This document shows, piece by piece, positions 10,450-21,605 of a stretch of 64,000 bases of DNA. Both the position numbers and the translations under genes were made by a program. Within the stretch, counting starts at the first letter, position 1. Each line of letters begins with the position of its first letter. This stretch comes from Firmicutes bacterium UBA5389 (GTDB taxonomy: Bacteria > Bacillota > DTU025). The stretch covers positions 555-64,554 of the forward strand of contig DHON01000112.1 of NCBI GenBank assembly GCA_002409965.1. Direction: 5' to 3'. The notes beneath the pieces are model-generated. The model saw only the letters and a program-made list of their open reading frames with translations. It had not been told where the DNA came from and did not search any database.

Positions 10450-12480
10450 TCACAGGTTTTGGGCGGCTCGGGGCCGCCTTGGCCCGCCGTAGGCTCTGGT
10501 GGCGTTGAGCACTGCGATCAACGCCACGCCAACATCGGCAAACACGGCGCTCCACATGCCGACGATCCCCATGGCGCCCAGGGTCAGCACGCCTGCCTTC
10601 ACGGCCAGAGAGAACACGATGTTCTCCAGCACCACCCTGTGGGTGCATCGCGCGATTTCGATGGCATCGGCGATCCGAGCAGGGTTGTCGTCCATGATCA
10701 CCACATCCGCGGCCTCGATGGCCGCGTCCGAGCCCAGTGCGCCCATGGCGATGCCCACGTCCGCGCGGGCGAGCGCGGGCGCATCGTTTATGCCGTCTCC
10801 CACGAAGGCCACCGCGCCGGCCCTTCGCCCGCCCGACGCCTGCCTGGCGCGGTCTGCCATTATCGTCTCGAGCGCCTCGACCTTCTGCCCGGGCAGCAGG
10901 TCGGCGCGGTACTCGTCTATGCCTACCTCCGTTGCCACCTGTTGGGCGACTCGGCTCACATCGCCCGTCAGCATGACGAGGCGGTTCACCCCTGCCGCCT
11001 TGAGCCTCCGCACGGCCTGCTCCGCTCCCGGCTTGACCACATCAGCCACGCGTATGCGTCCTGCCAGCACTCCGTCTTTGGCCACGTTCACCACAGTGCC
11101 ATCGGTCACGCACACATCATGCGGCACGTTCTCGCGGTGCAAGAGCCGATCATTGCCGGCCAGAACCGACTGGCCGGCTACAACGGCCCGCACGCCCATC
11201 CCGCTCACCTCATCGCTTGCGGTGATGGACGACTCGTCTATCGCCCTGCTCTCCAGCCCGCCGTTTTGGTAGGATTCGCGTATGGACGCGGATACCGGGT
11301 GATTCGAGTGGGCGCCTGCGTGAGCCGCCAGCCTCAACACCTCGCACTCGGCCACGCCCTCCTCGCCCTGCACTTCGACAACGCGGAATGAACCTGCCGT
11401 CAGCGTGCCCGTCTTGTCGAATACTACGGTATCCACACGGCTCAGGGTCTCAAGGAAGCTGGCCCCCTTCACCAGTACTCCGCGGCGCGAAGCGCCGCCT
11501 ATGCCGGCGAAGTAGCCCAGCGGAATAGAGATCACCAGAGCACACGGGCACGAGATGACCAGCAGGACCAGGGCTCTGTGAATCCACACGGCGAACGCCT
11601 GCCCGGGAGCGAAGAACGGAGGTATCACAGCTACGGCCGCGGCCAGCGCGACCACCGCCGGGGTGTAGTACCTGGAGAAACGGGTGATGAAGCGCTCCGT
11701 GCGCGCCTTGCGCGTGGATGCCTCCTCCACAAGCTGCAGAACGCGCGCCGCCGCCGACTGGGCGTAGGGCCGCACCACTCGCAGGGTCACTGCCGCGCGG
11801 ATGTTGACCATGCCCGCTAGAGCCTCATCCCCCGGCCCCATGGCCCGCGGCATCGACTCTCCGGTCAAAGCGGACGTGTCCATTGAGGTCTCGCCGCCCA
11901 TGACCAAACTGTCCAGAGGGACACGCTCGCCTGGCCTCACCTGAATGAGCTCGCCGGGCAGTACGTCCTCTGGAGCGACCTTCTCCACCTTATCGCCCCG
12001 GGCGACACTGGCGTATTCCGGGCGGATGTCCATGAGCGCCCTGATTGACCCTCGCGAACGTTCCACCGCCATATCCTGAAGGTACTCGCCCACTGAGAAG
12101 AAGGCCATGACGCCCGCGGCCTCAGGCATCTCGCCTATGGCCATTGCGCCCAGCGACGCCAGCGCCATCAGCGAGTTCTCGTCGAACATGCGCCCGGCGG
12201 CGATGCCGCGAACCGCGCCTCGAAGAACACGCCAGCCTGCAACGGCGTATGACAAGATTAGTGCGACTTTCCACACAACTGCAGCGCCGGGAAACGCGCC
12301 CCATGTCCTGACGGTCATCCCGACCGCAAGAAGCCCAAGCGCAAGGATGATCTCGCTCGGCGATGTGTGAGACTCGCCATCGCGGCAATGCCCGTGGGCG
12401 TGGTTATGGCCATGTCCGTCATCATGGCCGTTGCAGTAATGGCAATCGCAACCACCTATGTCAGGCTTCTCTGCCCCCAC
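10450..12480 (-). CDS. cadA: Zn/Cd-type heavy-metal P1B ATPase
   Basis: [29 protein letters not shown]; Cys/His-rich N-terminus. Confidence 0.92.
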   Translation of the reverse strand: MGAEKPDIGGCDCHYCNGHDDGHGHNHAHGHCRDGESHTSPSEIILALGLLAVGMTVRTWGAFPGAAVVWKVALILSYAVAGWRVLRGAVRGIAAGRMFDENSLMALASLGAMAIGEMPEAAGVMAFFSVGEYLQDMAVERSRGSIRALMDIRPEYASVARGDKVEKVAPEDVLPGELIQVRPGERVPLDSLVMGGETSMDTSALTGESMPRAMGPGDEALAGMVNIRAAVTLRVVRPYAQSAAARVLQLVEEASTRKARTERFITRFSRYYTPAVVALAAAVAVIPPFFAPGQAFAVWIHRALVLLVISCPCALVISIPLGYFAGIGGASRRGVLVKGASFLETLSRVDTVVFDKTGTLTAGSFRVVEVQGEEGVAECEVLRLAAHAGAHSNHPVSASIRESYQNGGLESRAIDESSITASDEVSGMGVRAVVAGQSVLAGNDRLLHRENVPHDVCVTDGTVVNVAKDGVLAGRIRVADVVKPGAEQAVRRLKAAGVNRLVMLTGDVSRVAQQVATEVGIDEYRADLLPGQKVEALETIMADRARQASGGRRAGAVAFVGDGINDAPALARADVGIAMGALGSDAAIEAADVVIMDDNPARIADAIEIARCTHRVVLENIVFSLAVKAGVLTLGAMGIVGMWSAVFADVGVALIAVLNATRAYGGPRRPRAAQNL

Positions 12481-12820
12481 CCCGGCTCACCTTCCTCTCG
12501 GTTCTGGCCGCGTCCAGCTGGCCCTCTTCCTCGTAATGCTCCTGCGCCACTCGGATAAGGCTCAAAACGTGGTCGTCGGCCGGCGAGTAGAAAACGTGCC
12601 TCCCCTCGGGTCGAGCCTTCACCAGTCGAAGCGCTTTCAGCAGACGAAGATGGTGAGACACCGCCGGCGTACTGATCCCAAGTATCTCAGACAGCTCGCA
12701 CGTGCACAGCTCCTCCAGGAACAGCAGGTAGAGTATCCTGCACCTCGTTTCGTCGCCGAGCACGCGGAAGATCTCGGAGATCCCCGCCACCTCTGGTATG
12801 CGTCTCTTCAGACTGCCCAC
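12461..12820 (-). CDS. ArsR/SmtB (CadC-like) metalloregulator
   Basis: FRVLGDETRCRIL, ELCTCEL, SHHLRLL, DDHV..EH; GTG start after GGAGG. Confidence 0.9.
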   Translation of the reverse strand: MGSLKRRIPEVAGISEIFRVLGDETRCRILYLLFLEELCTCELSEILGISTPAVSHHLRLLKALRLVKARPEGRHVFYSPADDHVLSLIRVAQEHYEEEGQLDAARTERKVSRGGGREA

Positions 12821-12876
12821 ATCCGCGCCTCCTCGCCATGCAGCGGTCGGCGCCGGGGCCGGCTGCACCACGATTC

Positions 12877-12902
12877 GACGATTAAACAAGTGTTTAATCG
12901 TC
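12877..12902. promoter_or_regulatory. ArsR/SmtB-type 12-2-12 inverted-repeat operator
   Basis: Perfect GACGATTAAACA-AG-TGTTTAATCGTC upstream of arsR-cadA. Confidence 0.85.
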
Positions 12903-13037
12903 AAGCCAACACTATCCCTGTGACAGCTGTATGTCAAGGCCCGGATTACTGCCCAGATCACTGCCTTGCCGGACCCCACCACAGTCGTGCTGACTCTATT
13001 GCCTGACTTGCTGCACGCCGTGCAGCGGTCAGTCGCA

Positions 13038-14465
13038 TCAGGGGCCTTTTCCGGCCAGGTCGCGCCGGACGATCTTCTGGATGATGCGGTCTACTCCGGC
13101 CACATCGCGCAGCGCCTCATCGGAAAGTCGATGGTAGATGGACGCCCGCAATTCTTGCAGCGCACCTACATCGTCGCGTACGAGAGCCGCGGCGATTTGG
13201 TTCTCCGTGTCCTCAAGGCCATCGCAGTCGATGTAGCCCTGCTCGGTCCACTGCTCCACAAGAGCCAGGGCTTCGCTCTGCGCAAGCCGGTCACCGCCGG
13301 GCCTGGGTCCGTACAGAATCGCTCTGGCCTGCGCGATGGCTTGCTCCCTGCCGGCGGGAGGAAGTGCGCAGTAGGCCTCCCAGTCCAGCCCGGCCATCCA
13401 CAGGACCGCGTCTGCATAACACTCGTAGTCATACAGATCGGGATCGTCCGGTCTTTCCTCGCAGACCTTGCGTATGGCGCCGATAGACTCGGGCGTGCAC
13501 ATGAGCGCCAAGAGTGAGAGGGCTTCATCTCGCACCCACGGATCAGGATGGTTGCAGAACGGAATGGCGTACGATACCGCGCGCTCGTCGCCGAACTGGT
13601 AGAGCGCCCATAGGGAGGCCTGGATGTCGTCTACATCGTCCGATGCCAGCCCGATCAGCACACGCTCCCAGTCCCTCGCGCGCCCGTGCCATCCCAGCAG
13701 GCGAATGGCCGCTCGACGTATGCCCGCCGTCTCGCCCTCGAAGGCAAGGCGCCTGGCCACAGGCAGCGCCTCCGCATATTCAGACGTGCATAGCACAGCC
13801 AGGGCTGACTCTGCCATTGTCGCATTGCCCGATTCGACCACGACCTCAAGAAGCACGGGGTAGCCCGCCGGACCATAGGCGCCCCACACGAAATCCAGGG
13901 CGAGGGGCCACTCAATGTCCAGGTAGTACTGGGGTACGAACGTGGAGCCTGATTTATCGCCGAGGAAGGCGACAAGCATCGGAAGCGCCCTTGGATCCCG
14001 CGTGAGCGCCGCCTCGTAAGCAGTGTAGAAGACGTAGGGATATTGCTCTTCAAACGGCACTCGGCGCCAGATCTCGGCGATCACAGCCGCCTCGTCAAGC
14101 CCGCCTATGCGCCACAGCAGGGCTGCCGCGCTTAGCTTGAAGTAGTAGTCCTCATCGCCGCTCGACTGCAACGCATCCAGCTCGGCAAGGAGCGCCGCTC
14201 GGCCGGCCGAGCCGGCCCCAGTCAGCGTTTCCCAGGCGGCGCCGATCTCCTGCGCCTTCGCCGCCTTCTCCTCGCATGGCAGAATATCGAAGTCGATGCC
14301 CCGCATAGCAGCCACAGCCGCCGAGAGAGCGGGATCCGCCATAACCCCATGCGCGGTCGCGAACGCCGTTTGGGACAGAATAGCCATTATTGCCGCAATC
14401 GCTATAAGCACGAACACAACATCGCCGGATCGCCGATGTCCCACGTCTTCACGCCTCCTCACCAC
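13038..14465 (-). CDS. Exported HEAT-repeat-like hypothetical protein
   Basis: Hydrophobic N-terminal segment; HEAT-like units (IRRAAIRLLG, HPDPWVRDEALSLL). Confidence 0.65.
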   Translation of the reverse strand: MVRRREDVGHRRSGDVVFVLIAIAAIMAILSQTAFATAHGVMADPALSAAVAAMRGIDFDILPCEEKAAKAQEIGAAWETLTGAGSAGRAALLAELDALQSSGDEDYYFKLSAAALLWRIGGLDEAAVIAEIWRRVPFEEQYPYVFYTAYEAALTRDPRALPMLVAFLGDKSGSTFVPQYYLDIEWPLALDFVWGAYGPAGYPVLLEVVVESGNATMAESALAVLCTSEYAEALPVARRLAFEGETAGIRRAAIRLLGWHGRARDWERVLIGLASDDVDDIQASLWALYQFGDERAVSYAIPFCNHPDPWVRDEALSLLALMCTPESIGAIRKVCEERPDDPDLYDYECYADAVLWMAGLDWEAYCALPPAGREQAIAQARAILYGPRPGGDRLAQSEALALVEQWTEQGYIDCDGLEDTENQIAAALVRDDVGALQELRASIYHRLSDEALRDVAGVDRIIQKIVRRDLAGKGP

Positions 14466-14551
14466 CGAGCTTCCTGACTACCGGATTTCATCTGGTGAAG
14501 ACTATTCCCCTTCGCAAGACCTGTATCCTGCCGACCGCGCCGCGACCGCGG

Positions 14552-14929
14552 CTATCCCGCTTTCTCTGGCATTGATCGGCTCGCTATCACATCTACGCCG
14601 GTGCCCGCCACGTCCGCCACTACTACCTGGTGGATGTCGACAGGCGCGTTTACCCTGGCCTTCGCCATCTCGATGAGAGCCTGCCCTATCCTGTGTTTGG
14701 GGATCGGCTCCAGCGTGCGCACGGGTACCAGCGGCAAGAACCCGCCATACACTCTCACCGTAGACGTAACCGTCCTTTTCGGAGCGCACAGCTCGGCCTG
14801 GGCGTACTCAGCCCCTCTCTTGCAGGAATTGCCCTCTACGTCCAGAAGCTGTCCGTCCTCGACCGCCGCCCGCAGCCTGCACCCGACTGGGCAGACTATG
14901 CATGTGAGTTCACGGATCTCCCGAGTCAT
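14552..14929 (-). CDS. DUF1667-type CxxC protein, small subunit associated with glycerol-3-phosphate dehydrogenase
   Basis: TCIVCPVGC, GNSCKRG, PKRTVTSTV; last gene of the glp cluster. Confidence 0.85.
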   Translation of the reverse strand: MTREIRELTCIVCPVGCRLRAAVEDGQLLDVEGNSCKRGAEYAQAELCAPKRTVTSTVRVYGGFLPLVPVRTLEPIPKHRIGQALIEMAKARVNAPVDIHQVVVADVAGTGVDVIASRSMPEKAG

Positions 14930-16242
14930 GCCTTAGCGCCCCCTTTGGGCCCCGCATCGCAGTCACGGGGCCTGACGCGCACGATGAGCCGAGTCTCGGA
15001 GCCAAATGCGGCAACGCCCGAACTCACCTTGCCTCGGGGTATGGTCAGCGCGATCATCTCGGCCGGACGCACCACCCGCTCGAACTTGCTGAACACCACC
15101 TGATCCCCGACCACCGCCTCCACCTGCACACGCTCGTCCGGCCGCGTCGCGCGCATGAACAGCCGTACGTCTCGCGCAGCCAGGTTGTCTAGGTGGAGTA
15201 TGTGAGGCACTACGTATCGTATCCCATCGCCCGCCCGGGTCCGGATAGTCAACCCGGCCGGCTGCCGCCCCGCTACAAACCGCGCCGCGCCCTCTCCCGC
15301 CGTCCAAGCCTCACGAGTGACATTGTCCACCAAATCGTGGATGTGGACCACATTGCCGCAGGCGAACACGCCTGGGACGGACGTCTCCATTTCATCTGTA
15401 ACTACCGGCCCGCCAGTGACGGGATCGAGCTCGCCTCCCGCGTCCCGCGTCAGCTCGTTCTCGGGTATGAGGCCCACTGATAGAAGCAGCGTATCGCATT
15501 CGATGTCCCACTCAGTGCCGGGAATCGGTTTCAGGCTATCATCCACCCTGGCCACAGTAACCCCCGACACCCGCTCTTCCCCATGCACATCGACCACCGT
15601 GTGGCCAAGATACAGGGGAATGCCCTGGTCATTCAGGCATTGCACTATGTTGCGCGTCAGGCCGGACGGGAACGGCAGGATCTCAAGAACCGCCTCCACG
15701 CGCGCGCCCTCCCACGTCAGGCGCCTGGCCATAATGAGGCCTATGTCGCCCGAGCCCAGCACCACTATGCGCTTTCCGGGCATGTAGCCCTCCATGTTCA
15801 CGAAACGCTGTGCAGCCCCGGCGGTGAACACGCCGGCAGGCCGCATGCCCGGTATGGTCACGGCGCCGCGGTTGCGCTCCCGCGCCCCCATGGCCAAGAT
15901 GATCGCCTTTGCGCTGATCCGCATCAGTCCCCCACTGCGATTCACCGCGGTGATCCGCCCGCCGGGCGCGACCGAGAGAACCATGGTGTCGAGCATCGTC
16001 TCCACCCCGGCGTCTCGAGCCTCGTTGATGAAATGCTCTGCGTACTCAGGCCCCGTGAGCTCTTGCGACAACAGCTGCAGACCGAATCCGTTGTGTATGC
16101 ACTGGTTCAAAATGCCGCCCAGCTCGCGGTCGCGGTCCATTAGGATCACGCGGCACGCGCCGCACTGCTTTGCCCGCGCAGCCGCGGCCAGGCCCGCCGG
16201 CCCCGCGCCTATAACTGCAATGTCACACTCTGCAATGCGCAC
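14926..16242 (-). CDS. NAD(P)/FAD-dependent oxidoreductase of the glp cluster
   Basis: GAGPAG, GGILNQCIHNGFG, GSGDIG, GNVVHIHDLVD. Confidence 0.88.
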   Translation of the reverse strand: MRIAECDIAVIGAGPAGLAAAARAKQCGACRVILMDRDRELGGILNQCIHNGFGLQLLSQELTGPEYAEHFINEARDAGVETMLDTMVLSVAPGGRITAVNRSGGLMRISAKAIILAMGARERNRGAVTIPGMRPAGVFTAGAAQRFVNMEGYMPGKRIVVLGSGDIGLIMARRLTWEGARVEAVLEILPFPSGLTRNIVQCLNDQGIPLYLGHTVVDVHGEERVSGVTVARVDDSLKPIPGTEWDIECDTLLLSVGLIPENELTRDAGGELDPVTGGPVVTDEMETSVPGVFACGNVVHIHDLVDNVTREAWTAGEGAARFVAGRQPAGLTIRTRAGDGIRYVVPHILHLDNLAARDVRLFMRATRPDERVQVEAVVGDQVVFSKFERVVRPAEMIALTIPRGKVSSGVAAFGSETRLIVRVRPRDCDAGPKGGAKA

Positions 16243-17752
16243 GGCCGCCTACCTCCTCGCGTTCGTCTACACACTCGTCTGCACGTTCCAGAAGCGGGTC
16301 CTTGGTGCGACCCGACAGGATGAAGGACGCGCCGCCTTTCTTGGTCACCTTCTCCGGGGAAATTCCCAGCTCACGATGGATGATGGCGACCACGCGCGGC
16401 CCACAGAACCCTCCCTGGCAACGCCCGGCCCCCGCCCGAGTCCGGAACTTCACCCCGTCTAGGGTAGTGCACGACACCGGGCGGTGAAGCGCTTCGATGA
16501 TCTCGGCCTCGGGCACGGTCTCGCACCGGCAGATGATGTGCCCCCAGAGTGGATCACTCTCGATCAGCGCCGACTGCTCCTCTGGGCCAAGCTCCGAAAA
16601 GCGCGTTGGGCGCTTACGCACCGAGTTGAAGTCCGGCTTCTCCGCCAACGCCAGTCCGGCATCGGCGAGAATATCGCGCACCGCCTCGGCGATGGCCGGC
16701 GCGGCCGTCAGCCCAGGCGACTGTATGCCCGCGGCGTTGATGAAATTGGGCACTCCCGGAGACGGACCGATGATGAAGTCGCCGATCGGCGCAGCCACGG
16801 CGCGCAGTCCTGCGAAGTTTGTGATTGACTCGCGTATGGGCAACCCAGGCACCAGTCGCCGCGCTCCCTCCAGCACTTCAGCCAGGCCGACAGCTGTGGT
16901 CGAAAGATCGCCCTTGTCTCCGACGAGAAGAGCGTTGGGGCCCGCTATCAGGTTGCCGTCGACGGTTGGGGTGACCACGATGCCCTTGGACAGCTCGGCG
17001 GGCACCGGGAAGAGCGGCCTTGATACCAAGTGTCCGACACGCTTGTCGAAGAGGTAGTACTCGCCGCGCCGCGGGGTGATCTCGAAGTCGTCCCGGCCGA
17101 CCATACGCTCGATGTCGTCAGCCCATATGCCCGCCGCATTCACCACGAACCTGGCATCCATAACCACGCCCGGGCACCGCACCGAGAAGGCGCGTCCCCG
17201 CCGCACACCGATTCCGGTCACCGGCGCCGAAAGCAACAGCTCGACACCGTTAGCCACCGCGTTTTCGGCGTACGCTATCGCCAGCTCCCACGGGCTGGTT
17301 ATGCCTCCGGTGGGCGCCCACAGCGCGGCAACGACACCCGGGTTCACATGAGGCTCGAGCTCTATGACCTGCTCCCGCGGTATCACTTCCAGCCCGGGCA
17401 CACCGTTCCTCTCGCCCCGCTCCTTCAGCTCATGCAGGTAGCCGGCTTCATTCTCCGTCGCCGCCACCACCAAAGATCCGCAGTTCTTGTAGGCGACGCC
17501 CAGGTCCGCGCACGTTTTCGGGTAAAGCGCGTTGCCCCTCACGTTCAACCGTGCCTTCCACGTGCCCGGCTCAGCGTCATACCCCGCGTGCACCAGCGCA
17601 GTGTTGGCCTTGGTAGTGCCGAATGCCACATCGGCCTGCTTCTCGACCAGCACGACCCGAACATCGTATCTCGATAGCTCGCGGGCGATGCCCGTGCCTA
17701 CTACTCCTGCTCCTATGACTACTACATCCGCCGCAATACGCCTCGGTTGCAC
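16223..17752 (-). CDS. FAD-dependent glycerol-3-phosphate dehydrogenase (GlpA-like) with BFD-like [2Fe-2S] domain
   Basis: GAGVVG, TKANTALVHAG, IQSPGLTAAPA, ICRCE..GRCQGGFC; directly downstream of glpK. Confidence 0.87.
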   Translation of the reverse strand: MQPRRIAADVVVIGAGVVGTGIARELSRYDVRVVLVEKQADVAFGTTKANTALVHAGYDAEPGTWKARLNVRGNALYPKTCADLGVAYKNCGSLVVAATENEAGYLHELKERGERNGVPGLEVIPREQVIELEPHVNPGVVAALWAPTGGITSPWELAIAYAENAVANGVELLLSAPVTGIGVRRGRAFSVRCPGVVMDARFVVNAAGIWADDIERMVGRDDFEITPRRGEYYLFDKRVGHLVSRPLFPVPAELSKGIVVTPTVDGNLIAGPNALLVGDKGDLSTTAVGLAEVLEGARRLVPGLPIRESITNFAGLRAVAAPIGDFIIGPSPGVPNFINAAGIQSPGLTAAPAIAEAVRDILADAGLALAEKPDFNSVRKRPTRFSELGPEEQSALIESDPLWGHIICRCETVPEAEIIEALHRPVSCTTLDGVKFRTRAGAGRCQGGFCGPRVVAIIHRELGISPEKVTKKGGASFILSGRTKDPLLERADECVDEREEVGGRAHCRV

Positions 17753-17767
17753 TGAAGCACTACCCCC

Positions 17768-19285
<1,518 letters not shown>

Positions 19286-19287
19286 TC

Positions 19288-19366
19288 AAAACAGAAAAGC
19301 CCTGCCGCGGGCAAGCCGCAAAGCTCCGGCTACGCCCGAGGTAGGACCCTCTCCAAATCTCCGTCC
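19288..19366 (-). promoter_or_regulatory. GlpP-type antitermination leader with terminator upstream of glpK
   Basis: Minus strand GGACGGAGATTTGGAGAG, then a long GC stem ending GGGCTTTTCTGTTTT just before the RBS; resembles Bacillus glp leaders. Confidence 0.6.
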
Positions 19367-19465
19367 TATCGCCATATTACAGTAGCTAGATTGCATTGAC
19401 CAGCCCAATCATACCACAAACGCGCGACACAGTCGCTCTCGCCCAGCGGCTGATGCACCGTCCAG

Positions 19466-20074
19466 TCACTCGCTCAGCGCAGGTAGCGCTCCACGGGCGA
19501 ACAGCGTGTACGCCTGGTCGGTCACGCCGCACGAGTCGGATACCATGCCGCTCGCGAGCCACTGATAGGCGACAGCGTGCACCATTCCGAGCAGCGCGTA
19601 CGTGAGTTTGGCAGGGTCGAAGTCGTCCGACACCAACCCTGAAGACATACCTTCCTCGACAATGGACTGAGTCAAACTAGTGAGGAATGCTGTACCCTCC
19701 ACAACACGTCTACCGAGTTCCGGCGAAAGCAGCCCGAGCTGGCGCGACAGAAGCAGCATGAACTCCTTTTCCTGGGCGTAAAAGTCGAAATGCGCCCTGA
19801 TCAGCGCCCTCAGCTTGGCATGCACACCGGATGCAGTCGTAACTGCTTCGGTCAGCATCTGTGTAAGCCTGCCGGTCCGATCATCCATGAGCTCGGTCAG
19901 TAGCTCGTCCTTGCTCTTGAAGTACAAATAGATGGTCCCCTTGGCCACTCCGGCAGCTTCGGCCACAGCATCCATGGTGGACGTGTGGAATCCGCTCTCG
20001 GCGAAGACGTGCTGCGCTGCGTCGAGTATCGCCCCCCGCCTATCGGTGATGCCGCCTTGACACGTGCCGTCCAT
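19466..20074 (-). CDS. TetR/AcrR family transcriptional regulator
   Basis: ILDAAQHVF..G, VAEAAGVAKGTIYLYFKSKDEL. Confidence 0.92.
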   Translation of the reverse strand: MDGTCQGGITDRRGAILDAAQHVFAESGFHTSTMDAVAEAAGVAKGTIYLYFKSKDELLTELMDDRTGRLTQMLTEAVTTASGVHAKLRALIRAHFDFYAQEKEFMLLLSRQLGLLSPELGRRVVEGTAFLTSLTQSIVEEGMSSGLVSDDFDPAKLTYALLGMVHAVAYQWLASGMVSDSCGVTDQAYTLFARGALPALSE

Positions 20075-20278
20075 GGGATGACCACCTCCCCGTCCCCTCT
20101 AGTAGTGCATTTTCTCCTTCGATTGTACATCTCCTTCACGCAAAGGCCAACTCACCATCGCAAGGCGGCACGCGGCGCGGGGGACGGAGAGATGTGGGAG
20201 AGGACCGAACGCTGGAGATCATTCTGAGCCTGCAGGATCAGTGCGACTTTGACGGGATCCTCAGGCGCGTTTGTGCTA

Positions 20279-20307
20279 TTGACATCTGATGCCTGCAGAG
20301 GTATTGT
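20279..20307 (+). promoter_or_regulatory. Sigma-A type promoter upstream of the rsgA leader
   Basis: TTGACA-17 bp-TATTGT. Confidence 0.7.
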
Positions 20308-20360
20308 AATGGTGCTAATGCAACGACTCGCCAGCTCGTCTGGCGATGGAGGTGGGTTTG

Positions 20361-20432
20361 ATGTCGGTAGTCATGAACAGGTTCAGTCTACTTGAATATC
20401 GTCCCACCCACCTTTCGTCGGTTGCGGCATAG
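20361..20432 (+). CDS. Putative 23-aa leader peptide MSVVMNRFSLLEYRPTHLSSVAA
   Basis: Strong GGAGGTGG RBS, ATG 20361 to TAG 20432; lies between a promoter and a terminator upstream of rsgA. Confidence 0.55.
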   Translation: MSVVMNRFSLLEYRPTHLSSVAA

Positions 20433-20527
20433 GGAACGTCTGTTCGTATTCTGAGCGTCATCTATGATGGCGTGCGGTTCACCGCGTAACGCGTGTGACG
20501 GATAGACACCGTATGAACAAGTCGCGT

Positions 20528-20559
20528 GCGCGCCAGCGAAAGCGGGCGCGTTTTTCTTT
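20528..20559 (+). terminator. Intrinsic terminator (candidate attenuator) in the rsgA leader
   Basis: CGCGCC-AGC-GAAA-GC-GGGCGCG hairpin followed by TTTTTCTTT. Confidence 0.7.
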
Positions 20560-20669
20560 CGCGCTCAAGTTCAGTGTCAAGCGACCGCGGGTGGAGACAG
20601 GATGCGATGAACCGGCATCTCCGTCCGCGGTCTTTCACATGTACACAATGGCAGGAGGATTGAGCAGCT

Positions 20670-21605
20670 TTGGTTCCAGACCAGCTAGAGGGTATCGTCA
20701 TACTTGCGTCTTCAGGGTTGTTTCAAGTGGAGACAGCCACTGGCGTGATCCATTGCATGGCCCGGGCAGGCGCGGATCCGGGCAGCATTGTGCCGGGAGA
20801 CAGGGTGCTTGTCGCCCCGCAGCCGGCCGGCAGGGGCGTCATCGAATCGATGATGCCCAGAAGGACCCGGTTCTCACGGAAGGTGGCCGGCCGTCGTCAG
20901 GATGAGCAAGTGATCGCAGCGAATCTGGATCAGGTGGTCATCGTGCTTGCGGCATCCGAGCCGCCTTTCAAAGAGACCACCTTGGATCGGTATCTTGCCT
21001 CGGCGGAACACTGCGGATTGGATGCCGTCGTCTGCATAAACAAGGTCGATCTGGCGTCTGCCGCGAACTCGGCGCCCGCTCCCAACCTGGCACAACGCGC
21101 GGATGTGTACGCCCGGATTGGGTACCTGGTGATCATGACATCCGCCGCGCTCGGCAACGGCATCGACAGGCTCAGGCAGGCGCTTGCCGGCCGCGTCTCG
21201 GCGTTGGTCGGACCGTCCGGCGTGGGCAAATCCTCGCTCATATCCGCAGTCTCGCCCGGGGTCAGCCTTGCCACAAGCGACATAAGCGCCAGTACAGGCA
21301 AAGGACGCCACACAACCACTTGCTCTCGCCTGATCAAGCTGGGCGTTGGGAGCTACGTAGCGGACACGCCCGGGATGCGGGAGTTCGGGTTCCACAGAAT
21401 TTCCCAGGGCGAGCTGGCGTGGTGCTTCCGGGAATTTCGTCCGCATATGGAGAAGTGCAGGTTCGACGACTGCAGGCATGTCAAAGAACCCGGCTGCGCC
21501 GTGCGCAAGGCCGTAGAGCAGGGCCTGGTGTCAGAGGGCAGATACGAGCACTACCTCCGCTTGATGGGAGGCGGCGGCCATGGCAACCACATCGTTGTCT
21601 GCTAG
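20670..21605 (+). CDS. rsgA: Ribosome small subunit-dependent GTPase A
   Basis: Circularly permuted G motifs NKVD, GPSGVGKSS, GRHTT, DTPG; Zn finger CRFDDCRHVKEPGC. Confidence 0.95.
   Translation: MVPDQLEGIVILASSGLFQVETATGVIHCMARAGADPGSIVPGDRVLVAPQPAGRGVIESMMPRRTRFSRKVAGRRQDEQVIAANLDQVVIVLAASEPPFKETTLDRYLASAEHCGLDAVVCINKVDLASAANSAPAPNLAQRADVYARIGYLVIMTSAALGNGIDRLRQALAGRVSALVGPSGVGKSSLISAVSPGVSLATSDISASTGKGRHTTTCSRLIKLGVGSYVADTPGMREFGFHRISQGELAWCFREFRPHMEKCRFDDCRHVKEPGCAVRKAVEQGLVSEGRYEHYLRLMGGGGHGNHIVVC

Noticed and set aside
19309..19346. GGGCAAGCCGCAAAGCTCCGGCTA on the + strand resembling a c-di-GMP-I riboswitch
   Set aside because: It lacks the GAAA-capped P2 stem, points away from any gene, and is explained as the reverse complement of the glpK leader terminator
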